Shown here piece after piece: positions 26,862 to 40,100 of a DNA stretch of 64,000 nucleotides. Position numbers and translations under genes: made by a program. A model generated the notes under the pieces. The model searched no databases. It saw only the letters and a list, made by a program, of their open reading frames with translations, and had not been told where the DNA came from. Numbering within the stretch: the stretch's first letter is position 1; each line of letters starts with the position of its first letter. Source of the DNA: Bugula neritina (lineage: Eukaryota > Animalia > Bryozoa); the NCBI GenBank assembly GCA_964035545.1, contig OZ037766.1:620001-684000 (forward strand), given 5' to 3'.

Positions 26862-29800
26862 ATGGAAGCTTTTATTTTACTGGTGGTGTTAGGAATGACT
26901 TATCTGGCACACTTTGCAGGTGAGCAAAAACCTCTGCAGGTGATGTTGACACATACTATAAAGTACTGATGCACTTTGCAGTTATATGATTAATTTATAT
27001 CTATAATATCTATATATATGGTAGGAAATGTAAACTTAGCTTTTGGTTGACTAAGCCACATATTATTAATTCAAGAATGGCTATTACAATGTGGGTATAT
27101 ATAACAGATACTACATGGTAGAATTACCAGTTAAGTAACCTTCATATATGTAGTCTATGGTATCTACAACTTTATTATAATTTGAAGAACTTAACTGCCA
27201 TATGTCAAAGTGGTAAAATTTAGCAGATTATGCGGGTACTAATACATCACACTATTAGATTATCTCTGGAAGGGAAGGATGAATAGGTTAACAAAGAACG
27301 CACTATACACTACACAACATACGCTACACTACAGAATAGGCTATATAAACTACGCAATACACTATACACTACAGAACACACTATACACTACTCAACACAC
27401 TCTACACTACAGTACATATTTTAGTGTATCAATTCACAAGCTGTTTTAGCAAGAACAGTTAGAGTTACATAAATAAAAAATAGTATTTCTGCCAGGTGGG
27501 GTAAAATCTCAAATAGTACCTGCCAATCTAGCTTTGTAGGAAATACAACTATTTAGTCCCCTTTTCCCAGACCTATAATGTAACTAATGGGGGATAACTC
27601 TACTAAACAAGTAAGTTAGTGGGCTTAGTTCCCCTGAATGAAAATTAGCTTTTTTTACCTGCATGTAACTCAAGTTATATATGGGTGGGCTAAAATATAG
27701 CCATTAGGCTACTAAATCAGGAGCAGGCAACTTTCATTTAATACAATAATCCTGAGCTATAGAATAATAAAAGTTGACTAGTGAAATAGATTTCTTTTTA
27801 ATTATATAATCAGTTTAATAAAATGCATTTTAGTGAAATTTTTAAACTTATTCTTTGTTGAGAGTTAAGTATTATGCTGTCCTACACGCATAATGCGAAT
27901 GAATGCCCCGTACGGATTATTTGTGGTTTGCATTAACTTATAGTTGCGGTTTCATTCGATGTAACTGTTTCCATTAGCCGAATGAAAAAATCCATTCGCA
28001 TATTGCGATAATGGAAACGCAGTGCTATATATTCTATGAGTCATAAAATGCTATTAGATTTGTTAAGAGTAACTTTTCATGTTTATTTAGCCAATTAATC
28101 ATCACCAGCTTCTACTCAACTTATACCTTCAAAAGAGAGAGAATGAATTACTCTATAAGTCTAACCCATTTGAGTCTGGAGCTCTTTTTAGGGTATCTTT
28201 ACTAGCTGCTTAAGTACGACCATGCCTTGGCTAGACAAACTTGACACAGTTATTGAATATAAACAGTGTATACATAATATGAGCATTACCGCGGGGTTGT
28301 CTTACCTTGTTACTGTGAAGTTTGTATTACCTTGTAGTGTCTCACCAGCCCATTGAGTTCCCTCTCCCCCAACAGCCTATTATAGACGTGAGGAAGTACA
28401 GGTCACTAGATGACTTGGCCAACATACCTTCTGCCTGCTACCCTTTCGTATACGACTTTAATGATGGAACTCTTTCCAGTCAAATGGCGCATAGAGCCAC
28501 ATATCAGCCCAACTTAAAATGTGTGAGAGTAATAAAGGGTAAGATTCTGTACAGAACTTTAGCTAGAAATTAGGTATATTTGTCTGGTTTACATGCATTT
28601 TGTTTGAAATTATTTTAACAGTTTTGTAGTAAGTTACAAAAACTTTTGCAATTGTGTTTTATGCAACAAAAACGTGCACACGAACACGCTGGCACACATG
28701 TGCACACATATATATAGGTTTCAGACAAATCACATATAAATCATATATATAGATTAAATGCAAATTATACATATTATAACTCATATAAGAATCATATACA
28801 AGTTATATACAGTTTATTTTGTTAGCTAAACCAGGATTTAGAGCAAGTATAACATTCAAAGATGGCTACAGCATAGAAAAATCGAAAGACTGTAAATATG
28901 ACTCGCTGACAATACAGGATGGCCCCTTTCTCTTCTCACCAGTCATCAAGAAGTTATGTGGCAGCGGCGCTGCCGGGACGACCATAACAACGACAGGAAC
29001 CTACATGCGACTCGTATTTTATACCGATGATGTCATCGAGAAAGCGGGATTTTCCCTCCAGTTTAATGAATCTGTTCCTGCAATCTGTGAGTTTAACTGT
29101 CAACTAGCAACTAGCAACTGTCAACTATAAGCAACTGTCAACTAGCAATTGTCAACTATAGTAACTAGCAATTGTCAATTGTCAACTAGTAACTGTCAAC
29201 TAGCAACTGCCAACTAGCAACTGTCAACTATAGCAACTTGTAACTTAATTATAGCAATTAGCAACTGTCAATTAGCAACTTTCAACTATAGCAACTGTCA
29301 ACTAGCAACTGGCAACTAGCAACTGACAACTAGCAACTGTGAACTAGTAACTATAGCAACTGTGAACTAGTAACTTTCAATTGTCAAACTAACTATATAT
29401 ATATTTTGAATATATTCCAAATAAGTTATATAGATATCTAACATAGGTATATAAAATTATGCAGATTTAATATTTAAATATGACATATATAGATATAGCA
29501 TATATAAACACAATATTTTGAGTAATACATATGATCGTGTAAGCGCGAGCACGTTTATTATGTTAATATATAATTAAGTGGATAAATATAACATATTATA
29601 AATAAAACATACATATAAAATAAATTGAAAAAAATTTAAAAACATTATATATTGTTTGTATATAAATAGAACATTTATAGTACTGAAACACACAAACAAG
29701 GCACAAATTTAAGCAGTTTGAAAGTTGCATATATAGATGTAAACTACGTGCTGTTATTATTATAGCAAATACAGAAGTGAAAGAAGAATGCTGTAGTGGT

Positions 29801-32800
29801 AAGTATCAGTCCTTTACCAAGTGTGTATATTATATGCTTCAATTTCTTTTACCATCTGACAATATTTATATCACTATAGAAAGTTTGGTTTAGTTTGCTT
29901 GACGATATTATTATGTTAATTAGAAAAGTATTACTTTATAATGAAAGTGTGTTGTGAGCTATACAGAATTCAGTCTTCCTAAATGTGATAAATAATTATT
30001 TTTAGACATGATAATATGTTTATAACACATAATATTTATAGGATTGAGTTTATTACATATATACTCTGGTTAAGGCACTCTTTGAGAACATCAATACGAC
30101 TATTTGCAGCCTGCTACTACAACATCAGTTTCACCGGAGAGAAGAGAGTGGAGATCTCAGAGGCTGCTGTTAGAAACTTCTACAATCAGAGTAGAGAGAT
30201 CGAGCATATCGACTGCGTGTGGGACATCTCTAGTGACGATGGCAAGAATGTGAGTACAGTCAGCCACATGACTGATCATGTGACTAGTCACGTGACTCAC
30301 CTTGTAACTAGTCATGTTGCGATTGGTCAGTTAGTTTGCTTTGCTAGTTGCTATGATTACAATGTATCAGATCATTAAGTTAAAGTTTATACAAGTGATA
30401 TTATTTAGTAATAGGGTGTTTCAAATTTTATTCTTACCAGGACATATGCTAATATAGATCTTTATTAATTCTTATTTCTCCTGTACACAAACTGTACAGG
30501 GCTACATTTACAAGCAGTTAATATACAGCAATAAAACCTGACTTATAGTCACAGTTCTACCGCATACTTAGACTAAGAGCTCTCTACTTTTAGATATGGT
30601 TGTGGGTGGAAGATGGCTCCACCCACCCAGCAATTAGCAGCTGCTCTGACAGAACTATAGAAATATTCTCAGCAGAAAACAGGTAGCAACTGTGAATACA
30701 TAGACACGCATGCACACGCACGCACGCACGCACGCATGCACACATGCACGCACGCATGCACGCACATACGCGCGCACGCACGCGCACACACACACATATA
30801 CACACACACATGCACGCACGCACACACATAAACCTCCTATGTTAAAGGTATACATAATGACATCACAGACAGATGCAGTATAATTATCAATAAATCTTTG
30901 TAGTAGTATATTAAAAATGTATTTATAGATTTATAGATTTATAGCCTCGTCAAATGAAAATGTGCAATTTTATACGGTTTTATATTTCTTGTTGACTCTT
31001 GTTATTAAAACTTTTAGACTGTCGGAGGATTTCCAGCCCATGGCAACAGGAAGCAGTCCCTGCTATCTCATCCGACGGAAACTCTTCCCGGAAATCGGTT
31101 CTCCTAGAATCCTGTTGCACGTGAGAAGTGTTGGTAGAGAGTCTATGCCGATGATCAGAATAAACTTTACTTCCTACATTGAGCCTAACCCTGTACCAGG
31201 TTGTGATTTGCTGGTCTTATTATATAACTCTCTAACTTACTGCAAGTATGAAAGATAACGTCTGCCTAGGAGTGTAATTTAGTTTTGCACAACTCGCTGT
31301 TGGTCCGAATGATACCGATGTTGAAATTGAGTTATACTTTTAGTTTATGAGGCTCTGCTTTGCTGCCTGTAGAGAATCTGTGTAATGGCTCATCAAAGTT
31401 TACGTGTGAAGATGGGAGATTGTGTCTAGACATGGACCTGGTCTGCAATGGCCGCTACAACTGCCCAGATGGAGATGACGAATCTGAAGAGGCTTGCAAA
31501 CAGAAGAGTAAGATATACTTTGATTAGTATAAGTTGTAGGATATATAGTAGCATTTTATTCTGAAGCTTAAAATATATTTATTTTATTGAGTTTAAATTA
31601 AACTAAACATAGATAAAAGCATCAAACTTTGTTTAATAACAGCTGATAGGCTAAACTTTGGTTAGCATAGAGCATTTGAAAACAGGGTTCTTATCTTTTG
31701 ACCTTCAATTGTGATATTTTTTCTGCAGTCTAATAAATTATGTTTTAATATTTTTTTCTACATGTTGATTCGATTTGATTATTAGTTCATATCAAATTGT
31801 ATTACTCGTGTATAAACTTTGTTGAATCAAGGTAGAACTTTGAGGCCTTTAATAAAGCTGCTAAATTTTTTGCCTGAGAAAAGGTTTTAAAGGAGAATTA
31901 AGTCAAGCAGAATGATATGATTCTTATTGCTTTGCTATTGAACGCCTGGACGTTTCAACTAATGTTTACTAACTCTGATTAAATAAAGTGTATGTTTTAG
32001 GCACTGATGGTAGGTATTACTATTTTAGTTTGGTTGTAAGCATGGTTTCATACACTAGCATCATTATGTCTGTTTAAAGGTATCACTATAATCATTTGAC
32101 CGAGGAAAGCCGTAGCTATAATTGCTATAGAAAAGTGAAATTAAATAGGAAAATATCTGGAAATTCTGCACATATAAAACTTTATGCAGGAGATTGTACT
32201 TGTAGCTTTCTAATAATATTTATTGATCCAACGCCAATTTCTAACAAATTTAAATAATCAGTTTTATATTGTCAAATTCATTATTTGTACTAAATGATTA
32301 GGAAGTTTTATTTGAAAAAAGTATTATCAAATTTATAAAATTAGTAAAAGGCAAGTACGCATTTAGTTGGTTTTATGTACAGAAAAAATTATAAATTTAT
32401 GTAAGCTTTAAAATCAGTTATACCAACATTGGTTAAATAAGTTTAAATTTTACATAGTTTCTTTTCATTGGGTTGATCATAGCATAGTTATTGCCTACTT
32501 GCAACAATTGCTTGCATTTTATATTGCTGTGAAATTTATTTTTTTTACAGGAATGCTAAACTGCATTTACAGCATTTTTAACTTCTTTATGTCACAATTT
32601 CCCTGCTCTAACCTCTTGAGTATTTTGCTTACTTTTAAATAGAAATTTCACTTTATAAATAATAATAAATATTTTACCTTACTAAAAGCATAAGAGATAT
32701 GTGGTTGTTTTTTAGTGCTTTTAGAAGAGTTTTGCATTTAAATAATACAATGAAGAAATTATGCAGGTAAATGTTTTATAGACGAAATTCTAATAACCAA

Positions 32801-33582
32801 TTAATATTATTTCAGATGGGCCATCTTTTGGATTGAGGTATATCTTTGTTGGCACGGCCATTTTGTTTTTTGTCCTGGTTTCCGTTGCCCTGTTTATCTC
32901 GGCAAAGAGAATGATACGGGAGAACAGAGAGAATGAAGTGAAGAAAGCAGCTTCCACTGTGATTGTAAATCATAGACAGAGTCGCATGTTTGAGAAGTCA
33001 ATGGTAAAACGCCTGCTTGACCATCTCTCTGTTCACGGTATGTGAGTGGGTGAAATTACAACAGATATCTTAATAAGAAATCTTCTAACTGTGTTAAAAA
33101 AACTGTAGATTAGAATACAAAGCAGGAATTAAATGTGAAAAACTTAAAAGTTTGTAAAACTTAAAACTTTATTGAAAACAAATGGCTTTTTATAGAACTG
33201 CAAAAAATAATAAAATGTAATTAGCTAACTTAATTTAAATTATAAAATGAAATCATTTTAAACAGCTGAAGTTTATGTTTGAAAAAAGTATTAATGGCTA
33301 CAAACATACTTAAATGTCGCTACAGATGCGTTCAGCCATGACTCGGTCTCTCAGAACTCAAGGTTTGGCCATTGTCACCATTCGGCAAGGAACAGTCTGC
33401 TGAGTAAAAGAGGAAGTTGGTTTACTAACGGCAGCATTTCCAACTGCTCCATTGGCTCTGATGTCAGAGTGAGAGGAGACATGGAGCACTTGTCACCCAG
33501 TGTCAGTCCTGTCACATTCCTCTCTCCAGATATGTACGCCAACCACATGGAGCTGAAAAGACTCAGACTCAATAGTTCATAA
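26862..33582 (+). CDS. NETO: Neuropilin and tolloid-like protein (signal peptide, CUB, CUB, LDLa, TM, cytoplasmic tail), ~525 aa
   Basis: Ten in-phase exons: 26862-26919, 28338-28538, 28826-29086, 29766-29798, 30110-30249, 30594-30682, 31018-31199, 31373-31507, 32816-33037, 33326-33582 (1578 nt). NETO hallmarks: CKYDSLTIQDGPFLFSPVIKKLCG (cf. DGPFGFSP), IDCVWDI, FTSYIEP, LDLa CEDGRLCLDMDLVCNGRYNCPDGDDESEEAC, TM YIFVGTAILFFVLVSVALFISA. Confidence 0.88.
27300..27412. repeat. Degenerate (ACACT)n pentanucleotide tract
   Basis: Repeated ACACT/ATACT/ACAGA variants in NETO intron 1. Confidence 0.7.
27877..28023. mobile_element. Degenerate MITE remnant
   Basis: CGCATAATGCGAATGAAT is inverted to ATCCATTCGCATATTGCG; the right end AATGGAAACGCAG resembles PIF/Harbinger-type TIRs. 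Confidence 0.35.
29095..29392. repeat. (CAACTAG/CAACTGT)n heptamer satellite just after a NETO donor
   Basis: Many mixed 7-mer units; the same motif recurs at 41867-42085. Confidence 0.9.
30705..30828. repeat. (GCAC)n/(CA)n microsatellite
   Basis: Direct observation; explains ORFs 30590..30829 and 30655..30855. Confidence 0.9.
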
Positions 33583-34145
33583 TATGATGTTTAACCCTAT
33601 AGAGGTCTTTGTCTATGGTATATTATTTTGATACTGTCTGGCTGCAGAGGTCCTTGTTTATTGTTTGAGCAGTTTTAATGTTATCAGATTTATAAGAGGG
33701 GCAATGCAGTGTGTGTTGTATTTAGAGAGCAGGACTATATTGATTATATATATTTATACATTTCATGTACTGCGAGTTACTAACTAGCTACTTGTCAGTT
33801 GTACACAATGAGTGCAGTTATAATATTTTAAGTAAATCACTTTATCCATACAATAATGAAAATACAAAATATTATATTGCATCATAAATAATTCACTAGG
33901 ATGAGCGTAAACTTACATCTATAAAATACATTGCATTATTATTATAAAATATAATAAAATATAATCTAAAAAATAGAAAACCTCAAAGGTAGTCATCTTT
34001 AAACTCCGGGTTTAGTCCTAGTATTTTTTGTTTCTAAACTCATTCAAAACAAAAGAAGTTACATATTTCATATCTCTACCATCTGCCTGGTATTTAAATG
34101 CTTCCCTCTCAGTTTAAGTAATGAGTTTGTATCTTTACTAGCTTC

Positions 34146-37100
34146 TCAGGGTTTCCACTGATTGAGATGTTGCAGCCAATCACGAGCTGAGATTCTGCAC
34201 CTGGGGTCAAGGGTCAACACGTGTCTATATATTGCTGACTTGTTCTGGTTCATAGCTACAAGACTTTTGGGCAGCTCATCACTAGCTTGGCCAGTGGGTA
34301 CCTTCGAGGCAGCGTATGGCGCAGATCCTGCATAAGTTTGGTATATTGGCAGCATTAGCTATTATACTGGCAGCATTAGTTATTATGCTGACAGTGTTAG
34401 TTAGTATACTGACAGTATTAGTTAATATAATGACAGTATTAGTTAATATAATGACAGTATTAGTTAATATAATGACAGTATTAGTTAATATAATGACAGT
34501 ATTAGTTAATATAATGACATTATTAGTTAATATAATGACATTATTAGTTAATATAATGACAGTATTAGTTAATATATTAACAGTATCAGTTAATATACTG
34601 ACAGTATTAGTTAACATATTGACAGTATTAGTTAGTATATTGACAGTATCAGTTAGTATATTGACAGTATCAGTTAGTATATTGACAGTATCAGTTAGTA
34701 TATTGACAGTATCAGTTAGTATATTGACAGTATCAGTTAGTATATTGACAGTATCAGTTAGTATACTGACAGTATCAGTTAGTATACTGACAGTATCAGT
34801 TAGTATATTGACAGTATCAGTTAGTATATTGACAGTATCAGTTAGTATATTGACAGTATCAGTTAGTATACTGACAGTATCAGTTAGTATATTGACAGTA
34901 TCAGTTAGTATATTGACAGTATCAGTTAGTATATTGACAGTATCAGTTAGTATATTGACAGAGTAAAACTGTGTTCACCTGCAAGACTGAAGAATGTAAA
35001 AATAATTTATACTTGTGATACATATAAAACATGTGCATATAATATACACGTAACAACTAGTTAGTATATAATATACATGTAACAATTAGTTAGTATATAA
35101 TATACATGTAACAATTAGTTAATATATAATATACATGTAACAATTAGTTAGTATATAATATACATGTAACAATTAGTTAGTATATAATATACATGTAACA
35201 AGTGAGTAACAAGCATTTAACAGGCATAATAATATAAACTTACCTGTAAACACCTGAAGAGCTGTCAGTCCCATGGACCACATGTCCGCTGCCTTAGTAG
35301 GGGCTGGCCGATGGTACAGCTCAGGTGCTCTGTAGAGAGGAGTTCCTGCAACAGATAATGTCAGTCTATTTAACAGCATCTCTTCCTCACTAGAGGAAAT
35401 GTGGGTCAACATAGCTTAGTATAATATATAGTATAGTATAGTACAGTATAGTATAGTATAGTATAGTACAGTATAGTATAGTTTGTTTGTTTGTTTGTTT
35501 GTTTTTATTTTGTCATAGTCGGGGAAAAAATTAATTGAGAAAAAAAATAAACAAAATGACAGGGCCTATGGCGCAATAGCACTGTAGCTAGTCGAGGCAC
35601 CCAGCCATGAATGGTTGACAGTTATATAAGATTTTTGTTTAGGTTTTTGGAAGTTTTAGCAACTTGAAAAGTATTATTTTTTTATCTGGAAATTTGCCAT
35701 TAGATGGTCTCTCAGGGCAAGTTTGAAACCAGCCTCCCTCCCCACAGCACGAATAGAACTAGGCAATTTATTCCATAGCGACGAACATTGGAATTCCACT
35801 CTTCGTTGACCTGCAGCAGTTGATGATGGAGGAGTTTGTAGGCTGAACTCTGAAAATCTTGTGGGATAGTTATGTGTGAGATGTGTTGGTTGAGAATAGT
35901 AAAGTTTATGTGAGAGCAGTATTAGTTTGAATTTGTGTAGAGTGTGAATAGGCATGATTGAAGAACTAAGAAACAGTGGTTTAGATTGGGAAAGGTGATG
36001 CTTTTTATATATAATTCTCAGTATTTTCTTTTGAAGTAAATGTAGTGGTTCAAGATAAATGTTTGCTGCATTACCCCACGATTCTAGGCAATATGTTAAT
36101 TTAGAATTTACAAAAGAGTTATATATTTGTATGAGAATTTTTCTAGGTAGGTGATTGGAACATTTACTTATCAAGCCTACTAAGGGCCTTAGGTTTTGAC
36201 AAAGTTTGCTGCAATGTTGTTGCCAAGAAAGATGTGAATCTATTATAATACCTAAAAAGGTAGTTGATTTTACTTCCACTAATTTTTTGTTAAACATTTC
36301 TAAGGCAAAGCCATTTAAATCTTGTTTATTTTGCGCTGTTTTGATTATCATATAGTTTGTTTTACTCATATTTACAGTTAATTTATTTTTATTGCACCAA
36401 TTTTCAATTTTCTTTAATTCACAGTTTATGATGTCCATATTGTTTAATAGATTTTTTGATTCAAAGAAGAGGTTCGTATCGTCGGCAAATAATATAGGGT
36501 CTAAATGCATAGTTACATCTGGAAGATCATTTATATAAATTAGGAATAGTGTGGGACCAAGTATGGATCCTTGTGGTACTCCACATGTGATATGAATAAA
36601 GTCAGAATATGTGTTGTTAATAATAGTAGACTGTTGACGATTGGACAGATAATTTTTAATTAGCTTCACACTGTGACTTGAAAAGTGGAGCATTTTTAAT
36701 TTAGCTAATAAGATTTCATGATTTATTGTGTCAAAGGCCTTACTAAAATCGAGGAAAATTCCAGCTACAGAATTACCATTGTTCATGGCATTTAAAACCT
36801 TATTTGTTAGATTAATTAAGGCAATATTTGTGTTTCTATTTCGTCTAAAGCCGTACTGCTTATCAGTTAAATAATTTTTGCTTTCCAGAAATTCTACTAT
36901 TTGCTTATTTAAAATCTTTTCAGCTATCTTACTGAAAATAGGTAATATAGAAATTGGGCGGTAATTACTTACATCAGTAGCTATGCCTTTTTTGTGTAGA
37001 GGAACAACTTTAGCTTTTTATAGTTCATTTGGAAAAGCGCCATCATTGATAATTGTGTTTATAATGTAAGCTAAAGGCTTTGAAAGACGAGATGCAGATA

Positions 37101-40100
37101 TTTTTATTAGGTTGGTGGGAGCTAAATCTAATCCTGCAGCTTTGGCTGGGTTTACATCTTTAAGTAAGCTTTCAATGACTGTGCTTTCAATATTTGTAAA
37201 GCTAAACTGTTCATCAAGTTTTTTATCTGACTTCTGAGCTGTAAAATCAAAATTGTCGTCAGTGAATTTCTTTGATAACGTTGTTCCTATGGAAGTAAAG
37301 TATTTATTAAAACTGTTTGCTATGTCCTTATCTTCAGTTAGTGTAATATTTTTAGATGTTAAACTTTTAGGAGCATTTGATCCCTTTGATCGATTTTTTC
37401 CTAGATGTTCGTTTATGACTTTCCAACATTTACTAGAATCTGAAGTATTTTCAAAAAAAGATTCAAAATATGAAGTCTTGGATCTACGCAAATTCTTCGT
37501 AACTAAATTTTTTAGAGTTTTATGTTTAAATTTAAGTTTCAAGTTTAGAGGGGAATTTAAGGATTGTCTATAAACATAATCCCTTTTGTTCATCAGCTTA
37601 ATTAATTCAACACTAATCCAGGGTCTTTTATTTGTTTTAAGTTTGCGTGGACAATTTGTTGAGAGTTTTACTAATGGAGCATGTTTATTGCATAAATCCA
37701 TAAATATTTTAAAGAAACTGTCATACCTAGAATTCACATCTTTCTTGGCATATACTTCGGAGTTCCAGTCTACTTTAGAAAGATCTTTCAAAAATAGTTC
37801 TTCATTTATTTTCTTATAATTTCTAATGTTTGTAGATTTAGTTATATTAAAATAGTTAGTCAAATTTTCTATTTTGGTAAAAGTAGGCAAGTGATCTGCT
37901 ATGCTTGTTGTTATTGTTCCAGATGTTAAAAATTTATCATAAAAATTAACATTTATATGATCTAAGCAAGAATTGTATCGTGTAGGAATCTGAATTGAAT
38001 TTATAAAATGAGAGCAGGATAGGATGTTGAGGTAAGATGTACTCACAGGATCGGATTTAAGAGTGTCGATATTGATATCACCTAGTATGACATGATGTGG
38101 AAAATTAGAAGAACTGATGTACTGCTCCAGGTCAGAGAGAAAAGCTCCAATGTCCGCCGACGGTTGCCTGTAAATGATTGTGAGGTGAAGACCACTCCCA
38201 AAGCACCCAAAGAGACCACCCTTTAGCTCCAAATGTAAAGATTCACTGCCTGCAAAAAGTGCTCGACTTTCCTTGACTTCAGCCACAGCACTACTGCGCA
38301 CATAGGCCCCGACACCACCTCCTTTACTCTGTCTCTCCTTACCTATAAAAACATAATCATTTATGGGAAAATTATGTACTTCATTATCATAAAGAAAACT
38401 TTCAGTAATACAAACAACATCAAAAGGTTTAGGGACACTAAACATAAATGTTTCTAGGGAATCAAAATTTTTACGAAGGCTTTGTACTTTAACATTCAAA
38501 ATAGTAAGAGAATTGGAATTATTTTTTATATTATTTCTAAACTGTTCTGGTGTGTATTGATCACAGTTTAGGTGTGCTTCCATGAATTTGAAGAAAAATA
38601 TAGTTACAGAAATTAAAAATCAGAGGATATGGAGTAATCATGTGTTTAAGCGAGGTCATCTAAATCATCTGTCGAATTGATCTGTATTGCATTACTATCA
38701 CTGTCTTTCCTTAGTATAGTATAGTATAGCACAGCACAGCACAGCACAGCACAGCACAGCACAGCACAGCACAGCACAGCACAGCACAGCACAGCACAGC
38801 ACAGCACAGCACAGCACAGCACAGCACAGCACAGCACAGCACAGCACAGCACAGCACAGCACAGCACAGCACAGCACAGCACAGCACAGCACAGCACAGC
38901 ACAGCACAGCACAGCACAGCACAGCACAGCACAGCACAGCACAGCACAGCACAGCACAGCACAGCACAGCACAGCACAGCACAGCACAGCACAGCACAGC
39001 ACAGCACAGCACAGCACAGCACAGCACAGCACAGCACAGCACAGCACAGCACAGCACAGCACAGCACAGCACAGCACAGCACAGCACAGCACAGCACAGC
39101 ACAGCACAGCACAGCACAGCACAGCACAGCACAGCACAGCACAGCACAGCACAGCACAGCACAGCACAGCACAGCACAGCACAGCACAGCACAGCACAGC
39201 ACAGCACAGCACAGCACAGCACAGCACAGCACAGCACAGCACAGCACAGCACAGCACAGCACAGCACAGCACAGCACAGCACAGCACAGCACAGCACAGC
39301 ACAGCACAGCACAGCACAGCACAGCACAGCACAGCACAGCACAGCACAGCACAGCACAGCACAGCACAGCACAGCACAGCACAGCACAGCACAGCACAGC
39401 ACAGCACAGCACAGCACAGCACAGCACAGCACAGCACAGCACAGCACAGCACAGCACAGCACAGCACAGCACAGCACAGCACAGCACAGCACAGCACAGC
39501 ACAGCACAGCACAGCACAGCACAGCACAGCACAGCACAGCACAGCACAGCACAGCACAGCACAGCACAGCACAGCACAGCACAGCACAGCACAGCACAGC
39601 ACAGCACAGCACAGCACAGCACAGCACAGCACAGCACAGCACAGCACAGCACAGCACAGCACAGCACAGCACAGCACAGCACAGCACAGCACAGCACAGC
39701 ACAGCACAGCACAGCACAGCACAGCACAGCACAGCACAGCACAGCACAGCACAGCACAGCACAGCACAGCACAGCACAGCACAGCACAGCACAGCACAGC
39801 ACAGCACAGCACAGCACAGCACAGCACAGCACAGCACAGCACAGCACAGCACAGCACAGCACAGCACAGCACAGCACAGCACAGCACAGCACAGCACAGC
39901 ACAGCACAGCACAGCACAGCACAGCACAGCACAGCACAGCACAGCACAGCACAGCACAGCACAGCACAGCACAGCACAGCACAGCACAGCACAGCACAGC
40001 ACAGCACAGCACAGCACAGCACAGCACAGCACAGCACAGCACAGCACAGCACAGCACAGCACAGCACAGCACAGCACAGCACAGCACAGCACAGCACAGC

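Larger units (their letters stand above)
35482..38712 (-). mobile_element. 5'-truncated non-LTR retrotransposon (CR1/L2/Crack group) inside a kinase intron
   Basis: Contains an ORF1 C-terminal remnant, a full-length APE+RT ORF2, a short 3' UTR and a (CAAA)n tail at 35482-35500. Flanked on both sides by AGTATAGTATAG (TSD within a microsatellite). Confidence 0.93.

Noticed and set aside
34282-34966. Hydrophobic 7-residue-periodic ORFs
   Set aside because: Product of the intronic 21 bp minisatellite.
37018-37020. Programmed read-through or two-ORF organisation of the LINE
   Set aside because: The stop replaces a conserved Lys in the FP..LK.AKV.P motif, so a point mutation is the simpler explanation.
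37253-37819. Plus-strand ORFs in the LINE (also 44741..44956, 59001..59219, 59767..59982, 53218..53409)
   Set aside because: Antisense shadows of real minus-strand coding sequence.
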